Shown piece after piece: positions 21,110 through 31,323 of a stretch of DNA of 64,000 nucleotides. The notes under the pieces were generated by a model that made no database searches, was not told the DNA's origin, and worked only from the letters and a program-made list of their open reading frames with translations. The stretch lies in the NCBI RefSeq assembly GCF_000189555.1, contig NC_017276.1; one strand, written 5' to 3'. The translations under genes and the position numbers were made by a program. Each line of letters begins with the position of its first letter. Within the stretch, counting starts at the first letter, position 1. Source of the DNA: Saccharolobus islandicus REY15A. GTDB lineage: Archaea; Thermoproteota; Thermoprotei_A; Sulfolobales; Sulfolobaceae.

Positions 21110-24100
21110 AGTTGTTTTAATGCTAACTCTATTGCAATATCTAATTGTGTATCACTATTATTTGCATAATCCTCTGGCTTAATCTCAACAACTATGTCTG
21201 GATCTACTCCGTAATTCTCTATACCGAAACCTACATCCTCGAAGTTAACAGCAAACTCTGGTTGACTGATATAAGTCTTATCAACTAATCTATATCTGGG
21301 TCTTATACCAACAACACCTCCCCAAGTTCTTCTACCAATAAGTACTCCTAGCTTGTACTTCTTGAACAAGAATGAAAAGATATCACCATCAGACCCAGCA
21401 TGCTCATTAGTTATTCCCACTAAAACCTTAGAAGATGAGAAATATGGCATAGGTATTGGTTTTCCATTCCTAGGATGATCATAGCCAACCCTCTTTAAGA
21501 GTAGCTTCTCTAAGAGTAATCCTGAGATGAAACCACCCCTATTGAACCTAACGTCAACCACTAATCCTTCTCTGTGAAATTCGGACATGAACAATCTGTA
21601 AAACTCAGCGAACCCTTGATACATCATATCTGGTATGTGAATATACCCTAACCTACCCTTACTCTTCTCGTGAACATATTCCCTATTCTTCTCAACCCAG
21701 TATCTATATATTAGGAACCTTTCATCTTTTAACACTTTAACCGTAACGCGTTTATTCTTACCGTCATTAGTTATTACGTCAAGAATTACTTGATCCTTAT
21801 TTACTAGATGAGAGTAAATGTTGCCGTTAGCCTCTTCCCCATCAATAGCCTTTATACAATCTCCGACGTTCAATTGAACACCAGGATCCCTTAATGGGCT
21901 CCTCTCATTCTCATTAGTGGAGTCCCCAACGTAAATTTTTGTAATCTTGTAACATTTATTGTTCTCGTTATATTCAAACTCTCCACCTAAACCACCAACT
22001 GATAACGGTTCTGGAGTATCGTAGTCGTAAGCTGTTTCATAGGAATGGGAAGTCCTAGTCTCACCTTGCATCTCTTGAATTATATCAGATAACTCGAACC
22101 TAGTACTTACCCTATCTAAAAGCCTCTCGTATTTGGGTAAGACGGAATCCCAATTCTTTAATCTCTCCTCATTCCAATAATTCTGCTTCATCAACTTCCA
22201 CGTTTCCTTAAGCATTTGTCTCCATTCCTTTTCTGGCTCCACATAAACCTTGACTCTAGATAAATCTATTACCCCACCTTTCCTTCCAGCTGAGTTAAAA
22301 TCTGGTTTAGCATTAACGTCAAATAATCTTAGATTATCCTTGAGCATTAAAAGTATTTTACTTTTATCGCCTGACAAGGAGAAGCTTGACACATTGTCTG
22401 CGTATAATTCCTTTGCCTTATTCTCTAGGTCATAAACTTCTAACCTACCAAATACATCTCCAGTCTGTGTCCTCAGCCCCCTTATTGGATAAGAGAATAG
22501 GAAGATCTTGTTGTTCTTAGCTCCAGCTATTTGAACGTAATTTTCCTCTTCAATCGGGAACGGAATTACTCTATCTTCAATTCCCTCGATTACGACGTTT
22601 TTATCGTTACTACTAGACTCATCTAATGGCTGGTTAAATGGGGAATAATAATTTCCTAGAACTACTAGGTATGGCTTAACAACCCTCTGGAAACTTAAAT
22701 TAAATATTACCTTATCGTTAGTTGGGTCTAAATGCCTTGCAGCCAAGAAATATAAATATCTACCATCTGGGTCAAATGACGGTGAAAAGTCATACCCATA
22801 GGGAGTTGTTATCCTAACAATCTTCCCGTCAATGCGGGCAAGCTTTATTGATTGAGTGTAATAGCCTTCTGGAAAAGCGTAAGCAAACCACTCACCATTT
22901 GGATGCCAATCAAATTCTAAAATTAAGTCATATTCGCTCTTATCTATTAATCTGGCGTTATCACTATCAATCTCGTAAACCCATAACTCAAGCTTATTGT
23001 TAGATAATAATACCTTCTTACCATCTGGAGAAACCTTGACTCTCTCTATCCTAGCAAAATCCCTATTTATTACCTTCTCATTTCCATCCTTACCTAAAAT
23101 CACCAATTTATCATCATCGTTTACTCCTATCACATCACCATTAGGCAAAGCTTGAATCTGCCTATATTTTACACCTTGTTTCTTGCCCAACTGAACTGCG
23201 GGGCCATCCCACGGCCTCATTAAAAATGCCTTACCCCTACTTGTTAGTGCTATATAATTACCATTTACAACAGCCTCATTCATGTATTCTATCACACTAA
23301 CGAATTTCGGTTGCCTCTTCTTCCTATCAGTAGGTAAGTCAATATCCAGTTTAGATAAGCTGTCCTTTTCTGGATCGTACAAATATATATCACCAGCGTT
23401 TTGAAAAACAATCCTCTTACCATCGCTATTTGCATTCCTACAATAGAAATCGGTGAAGTTGGTATGCCTCCTTAAATCCTTACCGTTCAAATCAACTGAA
23501 TAAAGATTACCAACCCCTTCGTGATCGGATAGAAAGTAAACCCTTTCTTTAACTATCATGGGCCAACTAACGTTACCATCTAAACTAACAAACTTCTCGA
23601 AGGTTTTACCACCATCACGGGAAATCCATAATTCACCCTTAGTTCCACCCTTATACCCTTTCCAATTTGGTAAATCTTGATAACCCCTTGCAATTACTAT
23701 TACATTATCCCATTTTACAATATTGGATAACATGCCGAAAGGCAATTTCTCTGTCTCTCCGTTATTCACATCTACCTTATACGCCTCATTCCATTGACCA
23801 AAAGGAGTGTGAAAGTCAGTTATTACAATAATCTCGTCCTCTGAAAGCCAATTAGCAACCCTACTATTCCTACTACCAAAATAAGTAACCCTCCTAGCTT
23901 GCCCATCTTCAACAACGTAAATATCTCCACCTTGCTTACCACTCTTAAGCCAAACAACAGTAAACGCAACTTTTCTACCACTTGGACTTATTTTAGGCCT
24001 TATGGAAACTCCTAAACCACTTGTTATCCTAAGCGGCTTCATGTCTTTTAAAGAAAGAAGCCAAACGTCATCGTCTGAAGTAAATGATATTAGATCCCCT

Positions 24101-24132
24101 CTAATGTCGGGATACATATAGTACGCTTTCAT
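21106..24132 (-). CDS. tri: Tricorn protease (S41) with beta-propellers, PDZ and catalytic domains
   Basis: YKGGTKGELW, GYIHIPDM, DVRFNRGG, AGSDGD, RTWGGVVGI. Confidence 0.95.
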   Translation of the reverse strand: MKAYYMYPDIRGDLISFTSDDDVWLLSLKDMKPLRITSGLGVSIRPKISPSGRKVAFTVVWLKSGKQGGDIYVVEDGQARRVTYFGSRNSRVANWLSEDEIIVITDFHTPFGQWNEAYKVDVNNGETEKLPFGMLSNIVKWDNVIVIARGYQDLPNWKGYKGGTKGELWISRDGGKTFEKFVSLDGNVSWPMIVKERVYFLSDHEGVGNLYSVDLNGKDLRRHTNFTDFYCRNANSDGKRIVFQNAGDIYLYDPEKDSLSKLDIDLPTDRKKRQPKFVSVIEYMNEAVVNGNYIALTSRGKAFLMRPWDGPAVQLGKKQGVKYRQIQALPNGDVIGVNDDDKLVILGKDGNEKVINRDFARIERVKVSPDGKKVLLSNNKLELWVYEIDSDNARLIDKSEYDLILEFDWHPNGEWFAYAFPEGYYTQSIKLARIDGKIVRITTPYGYDFSPSFDPDGRYLYFLAARHLDPTNDKVIFNLSFQRVVKPYLVVLGNYYSPFNQPLDESSSNDKNVVIEGIEDRVIPFPIEEENYVQIAGAKNNKIFLFSYPIRGLRTQTGDVFGRLEVYDLENKAKELYADNVSSFSLSGDKSKILLMLKDNLRLFDVNAKPDFNSAGRKGGVIDLSRVKVYVEPEKEWRQMLKETWKLMKQNYWNEERLKNWDSVLPKYERLLDRVSTRFELSDIIQEMQGETRTSHSYETAYDYDTPEPLSVGGLGGEFEYNENNKCYKITKIYVGDSTNENERSPLRDPGVQLNVGDCIKAIDGEEANGNIYSHLVNKDQVILDVITNDGKNKRVTVKVLKDERFLIYRYWVEKNREYVHEKSKGRLGYIHIPDMMYQGFAEFYRLFMSEFHREGLVVDVRFNRGGFISGLLLEKLLLKRVGYDHPRNGKPIPMPYFSSSKVLVGITNEHAGSDGDIFSFLFKKYKLGVLIGRRTWGGVVGIRPRYRLVDKTYISQPEFAVNFEDVGFGIENYGVDPDIVVEIKPEDYANNSDTQLDIAIELALKQL

Positions 24133-24341
24133 ATGATAATGTATAACTTTAAGTATATAGTGTTTTCCACTGTTTAGTTAAATCTTTCAATTTCTTTAGA
24201 TATTGAACTCATTAAATTTTTCTGGAATTCAGAATCTATCGTTGTATTAAAGATAAGTTTTACATATCTAGATAAAAATTGAATCTATCCATAAAGCAGT
24301 TTTCCACAAAACTCTTTTACCCCAATTAGATCCTTTAGATT

Positions 24342-24977
24342 ATGAGACCTTATGTAATAATATTTAGCACGTTATCAATAGATGGTAGACTCGCAACGAA
24401 AACTGGTTATAGCGAATTAAGTTGCCCTTATGATAAGCAGAGACAACATGAGATAAGAAGTGAGGTTGATGCAGTAATGGTAGGAGCTAATACGGTAAGA
24501 GTAGACAACCCATCATTAACTGTAAAGTATAGTAAAAATAGGAGAAACCCCATTAGAGTAGTGGTGACTAGAAGTTTCAATCTAGACCCTTCATATAAGA
24601 TATTCACCACACCACCCTCAACAATAGTCTATACTTCTAATTACGAAAGTGAAAAAGTTGAGGAATTTAATAGGAAAGGAGTAATTGTTAGGAAATTTCT
24701 TCATTTAGATGACCTTTTAGAGGACTTATACAACAGCTTCAACGTTAAAAGACTAATGGTTGAAGGAGGTGGACATTTAATATGGTGGTTTATAAGAGAC
24801 AATCTTTATGACGAAATTAGAATAACAATTTCTCCTAGAATTTTTGGAAATGGAGTCAGTTTTGCACAAGGAGATGGGTTTATTGGTGAGGATTCGCCTA
24901 GGCTCACGTTAATTGATGCCAAAATTTGCGAATGTAGGAACGAAGTTCATCTTACGTACCAGAAATACATGGCATAA
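24342..24977 (+). CDS. ribD: RibD C-terminal/pyrimidine nucleotide reductase
   Basis: [27 protein letters not shown]. Confidence 0.9.
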   Translation: MRPYVIIFSTLSIDGRLATKTGYSELSCPYDKQRQHEIRSEVDAVMVGANTVRVDNPSLTVKYSKNRRNPIRVVVTRSFNLDPSYKIFTTPPSTIVYTSNYESEKVEEFNRKGVIVRKFLHLDDLLEDLYNSFNVKRLMVEGGGHLIWWFIRDNLYDEIRITISPRIFGNGVSFAQGDGFIGEDSPRLTLIDAKICECRNEVHLTYQKYMA

Positions 24978-25129
24978 AAATATTTAGATCATATTATTAG
25001 CGATTATTCGAAAGTTTTCTCCTAATGTATGTTGAATACTCAATAGAACATAAATATTTTAGTGAAAAATATTGCAAAATTCTTTGATTAGAATTAATAG
25101 CTACATTTCTACAAACAATATAGGAGGTT

Positions 25130-25548
25130 CTTATTCAATATCAGTGCTAAGCTTAGGCATAGGATTCACCAATGGAGTGTTGTTAAATTCGTGGAAATGT
25201 TAAAGGCTCAAGCAATAGACCTTGTTGAGTTTTCTGAGGCTTACACTTCCTCCATTAATCCCCTTAGATGATAAGAAGTTGAAGAAGGGTAAGCAGTTCA
25301 ATTAGATGGTAGTCAAGGTTTTTAACCCCTACTTGATGACGGACATTGCTCACGAGAGTGGGGGTATTAAAGTATTCGAGGTAACTGCTAGATATTTGGA
25401 GAGTGATGAAGTTTTGTTAGAAAGGGATTCAATTGCTCCCCTTAATCTTGTAAAGAAGGTGGATGGGAGGGTAGTCGTGTTTCCCTCGACTAGCCCCAAG
25501 GAATTAAGAGTGAAGGTTTATTATCCCTTAAGGGGGCGTTCTATATAG
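25130..25548 (+). pseudogene. tnpB: Degenerate TnpB-related C-terminal fragment
   Basis: HRIHQWSVVKF...EFSEAYTSSINP, an internal stop, then LERDSIAPLNL (RuvC-III-like). Confidence 0.55.
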
Positions 25549-25655
25549 GTGCTCGTGGTGGAATTAGAAGTAATTAAAAGTAAGGAGAAGTTACGCCACG
25601 GGTGAATACCTATTCATAGTTTAGTTTATATACTATTATTTCATAGTATATCTTA

Positions 25656-25943
25656 ATGAAGTTACAAGTTAATGGTAATTACATTTACATAACACTTTGG
25701 GATAAACAAGCAAAGAAGCCTAGGAGATTTTATCTTGGGAGAAAAGAGGATTTTAAAAAATTGGAAGAATTGTTTCGAGTAGCTAGAGAATATAGAATAA
25801 CTAAGCAAGAAATTACTGATTATTTAGAATATTATTTTGACAAGAGGATAAATCTAACTAAGATAGAATATGTCATTCTCTCCTTGAGTCTGGGTGTAGA
25901 GCTTTGGAAATTGAATGGAAATATAAGAATGCGTTTAGAATAG
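25656..25943 (+). CDS. Small putative DNA-binding protein, upstream partner of a nucleotidyltransferase
   Basis: YIYITLWDKQAKKPRRFYLGR beta-sheet motif; overlaps the next ORF. Confidence 0.65.
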   Translation: MKLQVNGNYIYITLWDKQAKKPRRFYLGRKEDFKKLEELFRVAREYRITKQEITDYLEYYFDKRINLTKIEYVILSLSLGVELWKLNGNIRMRLE

Positions 25944-26452
25944 CAATTAAAGAGATAAGAAGGTTTTATCCAGAATTTGCTATAATAGGAAGATTTGCAA
26001 GAAACTTTTACGCTAATCCTGAAACTACCCTCGATATAGATTTTATAGCGAATTTAGATGATGTCGAAAGATTGGCAGAATTCATAGAACATATATCATC
26101 TCATTATGAAATATTTCCTAATGACGTAGGACATTGGCAATATAAGATAATTATTAAAGGTGTAAGGGTTGATCTTGTAAAACCACCTCAATATAAGTTC
26201 GATGACGAGGTAATATCGAGGAGAAGAATAGTAAGAATTGAAGGAGTGGGCGAGGTTCCAATATTATCTCCGGAAGATTTAGTAACTCTTTATGTAGTAG
26301 CGTCTATAAATAGGGGAGTTAAAGATCTGATTAAGGCTAAAGATATAATTATCTATTCTTTAGCAAGACACGACTTTAATGAAGATTATTTCCTGAGGAA
26401 ATGTGAAGAAAATAGCGTAAAGGCGTTATGTTTGACTCTCCTCTCTAACTAA
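25904..26452 (+). CDS. Nucleotidyltransferase (AbiEii/DUF6036-like)
   Basis: IIGRFA...Y..PETTLDIDF, VDLV, LSPEDLV motifs. Confidence 0.75.
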   Translation: MEIEWKYKNAFRIAIKEIRRFYPEFAIIGRFARNFYANPETTLDIDFIANLDDVERLAEFIEHISSHYEIFPNDVGHWQYKIIIKGVRVDLVKPPQYKFDDEVISRRRIVRIEGVGEVPILSPEDLVTLYVVASINRGVKDLIKAKDIIIYSLARHDFNEDYFLRKCEENSVKALCLTLLSN

Positions 26453-26865
26453 TTACGGACTTACATTACATTTAAACTGCTGACGAGATTATGGTATAGT
26501 CACTGAGCTACAAATTAATTAAGCTAACTAGACTTCATAAAGTGAAGCTATTAAAATTGATACTCTTATATACGTTTGGAAGATTAGGAAAACAATTTAC
26601 AGCTTAACGGTTAGAATATGAGATATCTATCAAATTTTATCTTTTAGCTACGTTAAACTTATTCTTAGTTATTCGGTTTGGAATTTAAGAAACTTAATAT
26701 CATGGCATCTGAGAAAATTAAAGTATTTAGTAGGATATTTCGATTCTTAAATCATAAAATGATTAAAGTATTTTTCCTAGTCCAAGAAACATATTATATC
26801 TCATTGACTATACTACCAACTTCCTCATGAGTCACTTATTTTTACCCTAAAATTAAACTGTAACT

Positions 26866-27672
26866 ATGGAATCAAGTATTCAAGCTTTAAAAAACATCAA
26901 AACAGGTTCACTATATTACTTTTTAGCAATAATTATAGCTTTGGTAACAGAAGTAGTTATATTTAGAGAAAAATCACTGGCTAATAGCTTTTTCGTCTTA
27001 ATATTTGAGTTAGTCGCATATGGCATATTGCTAATAGGATTTTCAAGAATGAGAACTGGATTTTTCCAGTTATCGAAAACGATAAATACATACATAGGCA
27101 CAACTGGAGTTAACATATTTATTATCGGCATAGTAGCATTGCTATTCGGTGCTATTCTACCGATTTTAATTTATATAGGAGGTTCCCTAGTATTTATAGG
27201 TGACGTAATGATAGGTTATACTATATATAAGATAGGACAGAGATTTCAAGTAAATACAGAGAAAATTGCAGGAATTCTGGTAATGATATCTATAACCTCT
27301 TTCATAGGTTACATAATTTCCTACTTTGCTTCTGATGAAGTTATGAGAAAAATGCTTCAAGCCCCTAGGGAAGAAAAGCTACTAATAGTTCCTAGCGATA
27401 AGAGTATAGGTTACGGAATTTTAAAAAGCAACGGAGATGCAAATGTAGTCGTTTATTCTAAAGAGTCCTCTGAAATAATCTCAGCCCAAATTATGGGCTA
27501 CAATTTCCAGACATTACAAATCAATCCCAAAACAGTTATGGCGGGAGAAAATAGAATATATATAAAATTTGCTCTATCTGGAGTAATGTTTGTTCCGGGA
27601 AATATTTATAATTTAGAGATATTACTTGCTAATAATGAAAAATTATTAGCCTCCTTAGTTTATGAATTATAA
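26866..27672 (+). CDS. DUF973-like membrane protein
   Basis: TM domain plus C-terminal GYGILKSNG...IISAQI domain, paralogous to 60611-61504. Confidence 0.75.
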   Translation: MESSIQALKNIKTGSLYYFLAIIIALVTEVVIFREKSLANSFFVLIFELVAYGILLIGFSRMRTGFFQLSKTINTYIGTTGVNIFIIGIVALLFGAILPILIYIGGSLVFIGDVMIGYTIYKIGQRFQVNTEKIAGILVMISITSFIGYIISYFASDEVMRKMLQAPREEKLLIVPSDKSIGYGILKSNGDANVVVYSKESSEIISAQIMGYNFQTLQINPKTVMAGENRIYIKFALSGVMFVPGNIYNLEILLANNEKLLASLVYEL

Positions 27673-27834
27673 TTGGATATATACACTATAAGATACTCCC
27701 GCCCAATTAGAATTAATTAATGTATAATAAATTTGTTGTGCACCTAATTGACTTGCAGAGATGGCACCGGTAGGCGTTGCCAACATTAGTAACGCTAGGG
27801 ATAGGGTTAGAAGGGCTAGAAGGGACTTCCTCAT
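27667..27834 (-). pseudogene. Truncated secreted protein with A291-type signal peptide (55 aa)
   Basis: MRKSLLALLTLSLALLMLATPTGA...NSNWAGVSYS; below the ORF-track cutoff; runs into the DUF973 stop. Confidence 0.75.
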
Positions 27835-27875
27835 TGTAAACGAAAAAGGAAAGTGTAACTTTATAAAGGGCCTAA
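27787..27875 (-). repeat. Promoter + signal-peptide module, copy A
   Basis: About 89 bp similar to 29545-29635, with 33 bp identical; contains TAGGCCCTTTATAAAG. Confidence 0.9.
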
Positions 27876-28204
27876 GAAGTTAAGTAGAAAAAGATAATGC
27901 CTAATATAAGTATACATACTATAAGGATAGTTATTATTGCAAAAGGCAATAAGCCCATCCACTTATATTTACTGATTTTTAGATAATCGAATAACTTAGT
28001 AAACCAATAAACTCCACTTAATAATAATAACTTCTCACCGGTTAAGGTTATCAGAACGTCTAAGAAACTTGTGTTAGATCCTATGAAAACATTGCGATCC
28101 ATATAAAGCACTCCAAGATAGGAAAAAAGAAGTGTTGCACCATAATCAAATAAGTTACCTAAAATGAAGATGAGCCATAAGACCTTTAGCCTATCCATCA
28201 ACAT
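27872..28204 (-). CDS. Small membrane protein, SSV-like context (ATG probably 28198)
   Basis: GNLFDYGATL motif and 3 TM segments; lies between a B129-like ORF and a toxin-type promoter. Confidence 0.7.
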   Translation of the reverse strand: MLMDRLKVLWLIFILGNLFDYGATLLFSYLGVLYMDRNVFIGSNTSFLDVLITLTGEKLLLLSGVYWFTKLFDYLKISKYKWMGLLPFAIITILIVCILILGIIFFYLTS

Positions 28205-28207
28205 TAC

Positions 28208-28393
28208 CTAACTAACGCAGATATTGTGTTTTTTGCAAACATGGTCTAGGGTTGAATCAGTGTTTCTAAACTCTTTCCCGCACACCGGGCAAGTCTTTGC
28301 GTGTTCCGTATAACGGATGTGTTGTTTCAGACTAACTGAAGAGCTGAAAGGAGTTAAACAGAGGGGGCAGACGTAAGGACCTATAATTCCCAC
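28208..28393 (-). pseudogene. SSV1 B129-like tandem C2H2 zinc fingers, C-terminal half only
   Basis: VCPLCLTPFSSSVSLKQHIRYTEH..CPVCGKEF...DHVCKKHNICVS is nearly the recalled B129 C-terminus. Confidence 0.85.
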
Positions 28394-28434
28394 TTCATTA
28401 AGCGATAAAAAACTGTATAAGTTTATAAAGGGCC

Positions 28435-28635
28435 TTAGTCTATTAAACGCAACAGTAAGTCTATTACTGCCTTACGAAATTTGGGGCTTAAGTACATTGC
28501 AATCCCTAAAGAGGCTAAGAAGATTGCCAAAGCAATTTCCGAGGCGTATTGAACATACCATGGGGGGGAAGGTGGGCATGCATAGATACTTGTTATTGCC
28601 GGAACTCCTATACTACTGTTATAAACGTGACACAT
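28435..28635 (-). CDS. C124-like small membrane protein (candidate immunity)
   Basis: PSPPWY followed by a TM helix and basic tail; own TTTATAAG promoter. Confidence 0.6.
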   Translation of the reverse strand: MCHVYNSSIGVPAITSIYACPPSPPWYVQYASEIALAIFLASLGIAMYLSPKFRKAVIDLLLRLID

Positions 28636-28668
28636 GGGTATACTAAAAAGAAATTAACTTATAAAAAA

Positions 28669-29592
28669 TTATGCATAATAATTTGTTGGGAATAGTGGGG
28701 TTTCGCTATATGCTAGTTGTACAGTTCCGGTAATTTGTGCACCACTACTTGATGTATAAGCGTTTGCTGAATAGGAGTTCCCATTACTTAACCAATGAAA
28801 TCCATAATATTGATTAGTGGTTTTTGTAATTGCAGTAAGTATTGTGGAACTTAAGTTATAACTATATGTAAAGACTTCTGCAGAAGTAGATGGAGTTCCA
28901 ATCACATTAAATTGTATATTACTAAACGTTTCATTAGGCACTGGATAGAAAAATACGTAGTATGTTTTAGTTAATTGCACATTTAAAGGAATCTCGCCTA
29001 TTATTAGTGCACTATAAGGCACAAAAACGTATTGTGAATCTATCACAGACTGTGAAAATCCGTTATTAGGATCGTAGAACTGTGCGGTGAGTCCGTTACT
29101 ATAACATAATGATATCTGTATCATAGTACCTGCAAATTTGCTAAGAGGAAATGTTTTGTTATAGAATGTTGCACCAAGTCCGCTTTGTACGAAACATACT
29201 GCAAGATTAAGATATTGCCCACTTGTATTTGCAATTAGAACAATAGCTGCTTGTACAAAATAGTTACCAGAATAATTACTTGCAGGATATGGTGAGAGAG
29301 CTACCCATATTGCATACTTATCGACATTACCGCCAATGAGACTTGTATTAAAGTATGAGGGAAGACTTGATGGGATAGGAATATTTATTTGGGCATACGT
29401 AAGTGGTTGTGGCTGATTGTTATTTTCAAAACCAAAAACATAGCCTTGAAAATTTAATGTAGTAGTAGAGCCTACGCTATTTATCGGTATCGGTGATGAT
29501 GGCGGTATTATTACTCTTGCAATTGTTGGAGTTATTAAAAACGATAGTAACGCTAGGGATAGGGTTAGAAGGGCTAGTAGGTACTTCCTCAT
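28669..29592 (-). CDS. Secreted SSV A291/B310-like toxin, intact (307 aa)
   Basis: MRKYLLALLTLSLALLSFLITP signal peptide; LSPYP, FAGT, NGFSQSV, FVPYSALIIG motifs shared with recalled SSV1 A291. Confidence 0.8.
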   Translation of the reverse strand: MRKYLLALLTLSLALLSFLITPTIARVIIPPSSPIPINSVGSTTTLNFQGYVFGFENNNQPQPLTYAQINIPIPSSLPSYFNTSLIGGNVDKYAIWVALSPYPASNYSGNYFVQAAIVLIANTSGQYLNLAVCFVQSGLGATFYNKTFPLSKFAGTMIQISLCYSNGLTAQFYDPNNGFSQSVIDSQYVFVPYSALIIGEIPLNVQLTKTYYVFFYPVPNETFSNIQFNVIGTPSTSAEVFTYSYNLSSTILTAITKTTNQYYGFHWLSNGNSYSANAYTSSSGAQITGTVQLAYSETPLFPTNYYA

Positions 29593-29635
29593 TGTAAGCA
29601 ATAAAAAGGAAAGTGCAACTTTATAAAGGGCCTAA
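29545..29635 (-). repeat. Promoter + signal-peptide module, copy B
   Basis: Near-identical to 27787-27875. Confidence 0.9.
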
Positions 29636-29823
29636 TCTATTTTCGTCTAATGAGAAGGAAGATTGTTAGTGCTAATAATGCAACACTGACGGCTAATATT
29701 TCAGGCCATAGGTTTGCATAGGAAGGCGGTGGGATATAACTGGTTTCGGTAATATTGCCCGCAAAAATAGGGCCTAGAAATGGTATCACAGAATTGTTTG
29801 TCTGTATTGCAGACATATTTGAT

Positions 29824-31113
29824 GTTGCAAATAAAGGGGGTTAAGGGGGCGGAAAGCCTCGCCAGCGGGGATGGATAGCCCACTTATATTTAAATACTTC
29901 TTTGCCAATTTTCTGTCGATGGCTAGAAGGGTTAAAGCGATCAGAGCTAGTGTTTCTATGAAGATCGCTCTATCTGAACCCCTCCTAGTCCTCGTTAATA
30001 ACTATGTAAAGGCACTCCGTTTCACCCTATTTTGGTTAAAGGAAAATGTCCCGAACCCAGACGAGAAGGGAGTGCTAGGAAAAGTCCACGAGGAGTTGTA
30101 TGAGAAGTTAAGGGAGGAGTATAATCTACCATCAAAGGTTGCCGAGGATTGTTATAGGGATGCCCTCTCAGTGTACAAGGGATGGTATAATAATCCTAGA
30201 AGAGGGCGTTTTCCTAGAGTATACAAACCCACTGTATGGCTAACTCCTAAGGCTAGCTATAATGTGGACTTTGAAGCAATGACTGTTAGGATTGCAAGTG
30301 TTGGTGAACTTCAAATTCTAGGTTATCCGCGAAATTTGAAGGAATACATGAGTTGGAGGATGAAGGAGGCTAGGTTAGTGGTTAAGGATGGGAAGGCTTT
30401 TCTAAAAGTGGTTTTTGAGAAACCGTTGGAGAATGTTGAGCCAAAGGAAAGTGTTGCTGTTGATATTAATATGAGTGAGATTGTTGTAGGAAAGGATGAT
30501 ATTAACTACGTTAGGATCTCAACTCGTTTGCATGAGGTTCATCATTGGAAGTCTTTAGCTGAAAGCCTACAAAAGAAGTATCCTAGAAGGTGGGGGAGAA
30601 TAAGAGGATCTTGTATAGGATTCGTTTTTTCAATCAAAGGGCTAGGAGGATTTTGCTAGGAAGGTTGGGAGGTGGGTTGTTGAAATTGCTGGGGATTTTG
30701 GTGCTAATGTTGTTAAGTTGGAGAGTCTCAAGAATCTTGTTAAGAATGTTGATAGACTGCCAAGAGAGTTTAGGGATAAATTCTACTTGATGCAGTATCG
30801 TAGGATTCAATATTGGATTGTTTGGCAGGCTAAGAAGCATGGTATTCTAGTTGAGTTTGTTAACCCTAGTTATTCTTCTGTTTCGTGTCCTAAGTGTGGT
30901 AAAAGGATGGAAGAAAAAGGATATCGTTGGTTTAGGTGTTCATGTGGTTATGAGAATGATAGGGATGTTATTGCAGTTATGAATTTAAATAGGAGGGGTC
31001 TCTGACCCTCTCGTCTGCCCACCATATGAGAGATGTAGTCCCGAATCGATGGTGGGAACGATGATCCCTCTGGAAGGGAAACCATCGCCCTTTCAGGGCG
31101 GTGAGAAAGTCAG
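29824..31113 (+). mobile_element. IS200/IS605-family tnpB-only element, 1290 bp
   Basis: Follows TTGAT; left-end GGGGGCGGAAAG...GGATAGCCC hairpin; right end GGGCGGTGAGAAAGTCAG. Confidence 0.85.
29919..31005 (+). pseudogene. tnpB: TnpB, frameshifted near 30590-30650
   Basis: VAVDIN; later [10 protein letters not shown]...[14 protein letters not shown] in another frame. Confidence 0.88.
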
Positions 31114-31323
31114 TGTATACGGAAACTTAGTTACTATAACCGTTGCGGAGTGGTCTATTGAGTGCAGATAAAACGATATGCCGAGAAGAACTAGGACTAT
31201 TATTAATGTAGCCACAATTAATTTCTTCATTAAAGGAAAAAGAAAGGTTACCTTTAAAAAGTTATTCACCAGTAGTACATGACTCCTTGAGCACCATTAC
31301 CGCTAAACGTCCCTATAAAGGGC

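Larger units (their letters stand above)
29637..31230 (-). pseudogene. C124-like membrane protein (~100 aa) split by a tnpB element
   Basis: 5' part 31114-31230 MKKLIVA...GISFYLHSIDHS; 3' part 29637-29822 ...PPPSYANLWPEILAVSVALLALTIFLLIRRK*. Confidence 0.8.

Noticed and set aside
29701-29883. Cys-rich 60-aa ORF suggesting a bacteriocin-like peptide
   Set aside because: Shadow frame; another frame over the same DNA encodes the C124-like PPPSYANLWPE+TM C-terminus
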